Shown: piece after piece, positions 61,702 through 64,000 of the stretch | Layout of the letters: every line of letters starts with the position of its first letter | Position numbering within the stretch: the first letter of the stretch is position 1 | Origin: an uncultured Eubacteriales bacterium | GTDB taxonomy: Bacteria > Actinomycetota > Coriobacteriia > Anaerosomatales > JAAXUF01 | DNA: 64,000 nt | Assembly (NCBI GenBank): GCA_964541375.1 | Contig: CAZIPT010000001.1 | Location: forward strand, 14,507 to 78,506 | Direction of reading: 5' to 3' | The notes under the pieces: generated by a model | Database searches by the model: none | Told to the model about the DNA's origin: nothing | The model's input: the letters and a program-made list of their open reading frames with translations, nothing else | Program-made: the position numbers and the translations under genes

Positions 61702-62597
61702 AGGTGCACGTGGTGATCAATCCGGGGTCGGGACAGCCGCAGCCGGTGCTTCACACGCTCAACTCCGTGTTTCGCGAGGCCGATGTCGAGTGGGACGCCT
61801 CGCTCACTCATAAGTCCGGTGATGCGTTCGGTCAGGCTCGCGACGCTGCGTCCGCTGGTGTCGAGGTGGTTGTCGCCTACGGCGGCGACGGGACAGTCAT
61901 GGAGGTCGCCGAGGGGGTCGCCGGCACCGGGGCGGTTCTGGGCGTGCTTCCCGGCGGCACCGCGAATCTCATGGCGCACGAACTGGGAGTCGCGGTCGGC
62001 ATCGAAAAGGCGGCGCAGATAATCGTCGACCCCAAGAGCAAGCGGGTTCCAATCGATCTGGGGCTGGCAAACGGTAAGCACTACATCCTCCGCTGCGGCG
62101 CAGGCTGGGGTGCTCGGCAGGTTGCGGAGGCAACCCGCGAACTCAAGGACCGCTGGGGTACCCTCGCCTACTTCTTCGGCAAGGTGAAAGCGTGGGGAGA
62201 AAGCGACGTGGTGCGCTACGTTGTGGAGATGGATGGCGTCACGCACGAGTTTGAGGCGTTCTCGGTAAGCGTGGTGAACGCGGGAAACGTCGGGCTGGGG
62301 CCGCTGCGCCTCGGGCGTCACATCTCGGTCAGCGACGGGCTGCTCGACTTGCTGGTGCTGCGCGGGAAGGGCGTCAAGGCGCTCGGTCAGCTGAGCACCG
62401 CAGTTGCGGGAATGTCTAGCGGCACTGAGATAGAGCACGCACAGGGAAGGCGTTTCCGCGTCGAGGCGACGCCCGCCCAGCCGGTTCAGCTCGACGGCGA
62501 ACTCGTTGGGGACACGCCGCTCGACATCGAAGTGGTGCCCGGGGCGCTCACGGCAATCGTGCCAGCCGCATTGCCCGTTGGAACGGGGCGCGAATAG
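61692..62597 (+). CDS. diacylglycerol-kinase-family lipid kinase (DAGK catalytic domain, YegS-like)
   Basis: The blocks VVINPGSG, VVAYGGDGTVMEVAEG and LGVLPGGTANLMAHELG are present. The start overlaps the 3' end of the phosphatase gene by 10 nt. Confidence 0.85.
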   Translation: MHMKVHVVINPGSGQPQPVLHTLNSVFREADVEWDASLTHKSGDAFGQARDAASAGVEVVVAYGGDGTVMEVAEGVAGTGAVLGVLPGGTANLMAHELGVAVGIEKAAQIIVDPKSKRVPIDLGLANGKHYILRCGAGWGARQVAEATRELKDRWGTLAYFFGKVKAWGESDVVRYVVEMDGVTHEFEAFSVSVVNAGNVGLGPLRLGRHISVSDGLLDLLVLRGKGVKALGQLSTAVAGMSSGTEIEHAQGRRFRVEATPAQPVQLDGELVGDTPLDIEVVPGALTAIVPAALPVGTGRE

Positions 62598-62622
62598 CGC
62601 CGATGCGGGGGGTCTTTCAACG

Positions 62623-62715
62623 CTAGGACTTATCTCTTCTGATGTTGATGATCCACGCAATCACGAAGACGACCGCCGCGAGGGCAACGAGCCCCAGTAT
62701 CCATCCGTTGAACAT
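62623..62715 (-). CDS. 30-aa single-TM peptide
   Basis: ATG 62715 is preceded by GGGGAGGGGG with a 7-nt spacer. A TATACT -10-like hexamer (rc of 62749-62754) lies upstream. The product is MFNGWILGLVALAAVVFVIAWIINIRRDKS. Confidence 0.4.
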   Translation of the reverse strand: MFNGWILGLVALAAVVFVIAWIINIRRDKS

Positions 62716-63015
62716 GGCCAAACCCCCTCCCCGTCCGCTCTGCTCTCGAGTATAGCCGCTCGGAGAGTGGTCCCTGTTCGCGGTGGGTGCGCTTGCGTCA
62801 CCAGCCGCGAAGGCAGCTCGCAAGCCGTCGCATTCGGAATCTGAGAGCCAACGAATATGGTTGCAGGTTACCGGTTCGGTATCCCATCTCGAATGTGATT
62901 ACAGTAGAATTTGAACGCGAACGGTCCGTTGGAGTTGGGCAACGGGAGTGTGGCCGCTATGTGAGTCGAGTTCACATCAGCGGGTCGAGTCGGAAGACGA
63001 TCCAGGGGAGAAGAA

Positions 63016-63537
63016 ATGTCTGACGAGAAGTACGGCGATCTTCCGTACGTGGCGTTCATCGGCGCGTACGCGGACGTGGAGGACGCGAAGGCGGACTTCG
63101 ACGGCATCAAGGCTCTACACGCCAACCTGTGGATCGGGCCGTACGACGGCGCACTGTTCACCAAGGAAGAGGGCGGCAAGGTCAAGATTCTCGATCGCGA
63201 CTCAGCCGCTACGGGCGGCGCCGGACTGCTCGGCGGACTGGTTGGCGCCTTCATCGGACTCATCTTCCCGCCGTCGATCATCATGGGCGGCGCTGTCGGC
63301 ACCGCTGTGGGCGCACTCGCTGGCCACCTCTTCGGCGGGTTCAAGCGCAGTGACATCAAGGAGATCGGCGACATGCTGGACGAGGGCACGGCCGGCATCG
63401 TGATGATCGGTGTGGCCACCCCTGAGATGGGCGCCGACCTGTACATGAAGCGTGCCGCGAGAGTCGCCAAGAAGCAGGTCGACGCGGATGCCAAGGATCT
63501 CAAGAAGGCCATCGACGAGGCCGCCAAGTCGAACTAG
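63016..63537 (+). CDS. DUF1269-like glycine-zipper membrane protein (paralogue 2)
   Basis: The blocks YVAFIGAYADVEDAKADFDGIK, GGAGLLGGLVGAFIGLIFPPSIIMGGAVGTAVGALAG and GTAGIVMIGVATPE are present. A 23-nt stretch, gaggacgcgaaggcggacttcga, is identical to one in paralogue 1. Confidence 0.7.
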   Translation: MSDEKYGDLPYVAFIGAYADVEDAKADFDGIKALHANLWIGPYDGALFTKEEGGKVKILDRDSAATGGAGLLGGLVGAFIGLIFPPSIIMGGAVGTAVGALAGHLFGGFKRSDIKEIGDMLDEGTAGIVMIGVATPEMGADLYMKRAARVAKKQVDADAKDLKKAIDEAAKSN

Positions 63538-63568
63538 CGCGCAACGGCGAGGACAGACGGCTTCACAC

Positions 63569-63598
63569 AGACCCGCCTCATTCCGAGGCGGGTCTTTT
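63569..63598 (+). terminator. intrinsic terminator after DUF1269 paralogue 2
   Basis: AGACCCGCCUC-AUUCC-GAGGCGGGUCU is a perfect 11-bp stem. It is followed by UUUUG. Confidence 0.8.
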
Positions 63599-63607
63599 GC
63601 CGTTCCG

Positions 63608-64000
63608 CTAGGCAGCGGGTGTGCGATCACGCCCGAGGTTGGACACAAGGATCGCGACGACCGTCACCAGATAGAGCTGACCGACGAGCGCCTCCGTCAC
63701 GGACAGCATGCGCCCAATTCCGGTCGACGCGGTGAGGTCGCCGTACCCGACCGTGGTCAGCGTGACGAAACTGTAGTAGATGAAGTCGGACGCAATCGGA
63801 GTCCTGCCGCCCAAGAAGAACGCTTGGGCCGCCGTTGTCCCTGGCCCTGCGTTGGCCACGAGCGACGGGTACCAAATGAGAACAACGTCGCCGATAAGGG
63901 AGTAGACCACGGCGAATAGCAGGCCGAACATCAGGTAGATGTCTGCGGCGCCTGCGACCGTGTTGAGGGTGACTCGGGGATGCTGCACGACTCGGCGCCC
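63608..64000 (-). CDS. potassium channel family protein, paralogue of 42817..43599 (partial; 5' end beyond window)
   Basis: The product ...VQHPRVTLNTVAGAADIYLMFGLLF...FIYYSFVTLTTVGYGDLTAS... aligns with residues of about 125-260 of the other channel. The frame stays open to the window end, so the GTG used by the ORF track is probably internal. Confidence 0.75.
   Translation of the reverse strand, partial: GRRVVQHPRVTLNTVAGAADIYLMFGLLFAVVYSLIGDVVLIWYPSLVANAGPGTTAAQAFFLGGRTPIASDFIYYSFVTLTTVGYGDLTASTGIGRMLSVTEALVGQLYLVTVVAILVSNLGRDRTPAA

Noticed and set aside
63961-64000. The printed last sequence line contains 39 nt rather than 40. Read literally, it breaks the frame of the final K+ channel ORF.
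   Set aside because: The ORF-track translation (…TLNTVAGAAD…) requires an extra T at about 63961 (gcgaccgTgttgag). I treat this as a display or formatting loss, not a biological frameshift. Coordinates up to 63960 checked out against the ORF track.

Overview
This is a high-GC bacterial chromosomal segment. Its gene content looks Actinomycetota-like (inference from PASTA, DUF1269-like and 4-TMS holin-family proteins). Translation signals are typical of such genomes: strong GGAGG-type Shine-Dalgarno sites, frequent GTG/TTG starts, and many ATGA/GTGA stop-start overlaps. I support about 60 protein-coding genes, 2 tRNA-Ser genes, several intrinsic terminators and a few sigma70-like promoters. I saw no rRNA, CRISPR array, transposase, integrase or recognisable defence system. 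Many start codons in the ORF track appear too far upstream, so I re-set them to the ATG/GTG that follows a Shine-Dalgarno site. Most long ORFs antisense to real genes look like high-GC artefacts. Recognisable blocks: (1) an agmatine deiminase pathway operon (carbamate kinase, putrescine carbamoyltransferase, antiporter, agmatine deiminase, second antiporter) at 32.3-38.4 kb; (2) tyrosine phenol-lyase at 5.5-6.9 kb; (3) citrate synthase, an archaeal-type ThyA-like gene and an M13 peptidase at 10.8-15.0 kb; (4) a PadR/HAAS operon ending in a lipoprotein MsrA at 24.7-28.0 kb; (5) Dcu transporter plus M20 peptidase, SulP, DUF2252 and a Na+/H+ antiporter at 46.5-53.9 kb; (6) a lipid-enzyme neighbourhood at 57-62.6 kb. 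The strongest unusual signal is at 398-1801 on the minus strand. A thioredoxin-fold/NHL-repeat gene is split in the ORF track by an in-frame TGA that sits exactly where the first Cys of the CxxC motif belongs (WTYG-U-INC). A GC-rich hairpin with a GU-containing loop follows 17 nt downstream, so this is a predicted selenoprotein with a SECIS-like element. Other points of interest: three DUF1269-like glycine-zipper modules (one fused to a Cys-type sulfatase, two next to paralogous TVGYGD K+ channels); an orphan PASTA-repeat protein with PASTA modules on both sides of its single TM helix; a tiny secreted CxxCH protein with a VVTPP repeat and a His-rich tail; and several unannotated proteins under 60 aa. 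All functional calls rest on motif recognition by eye; no database searches were run.
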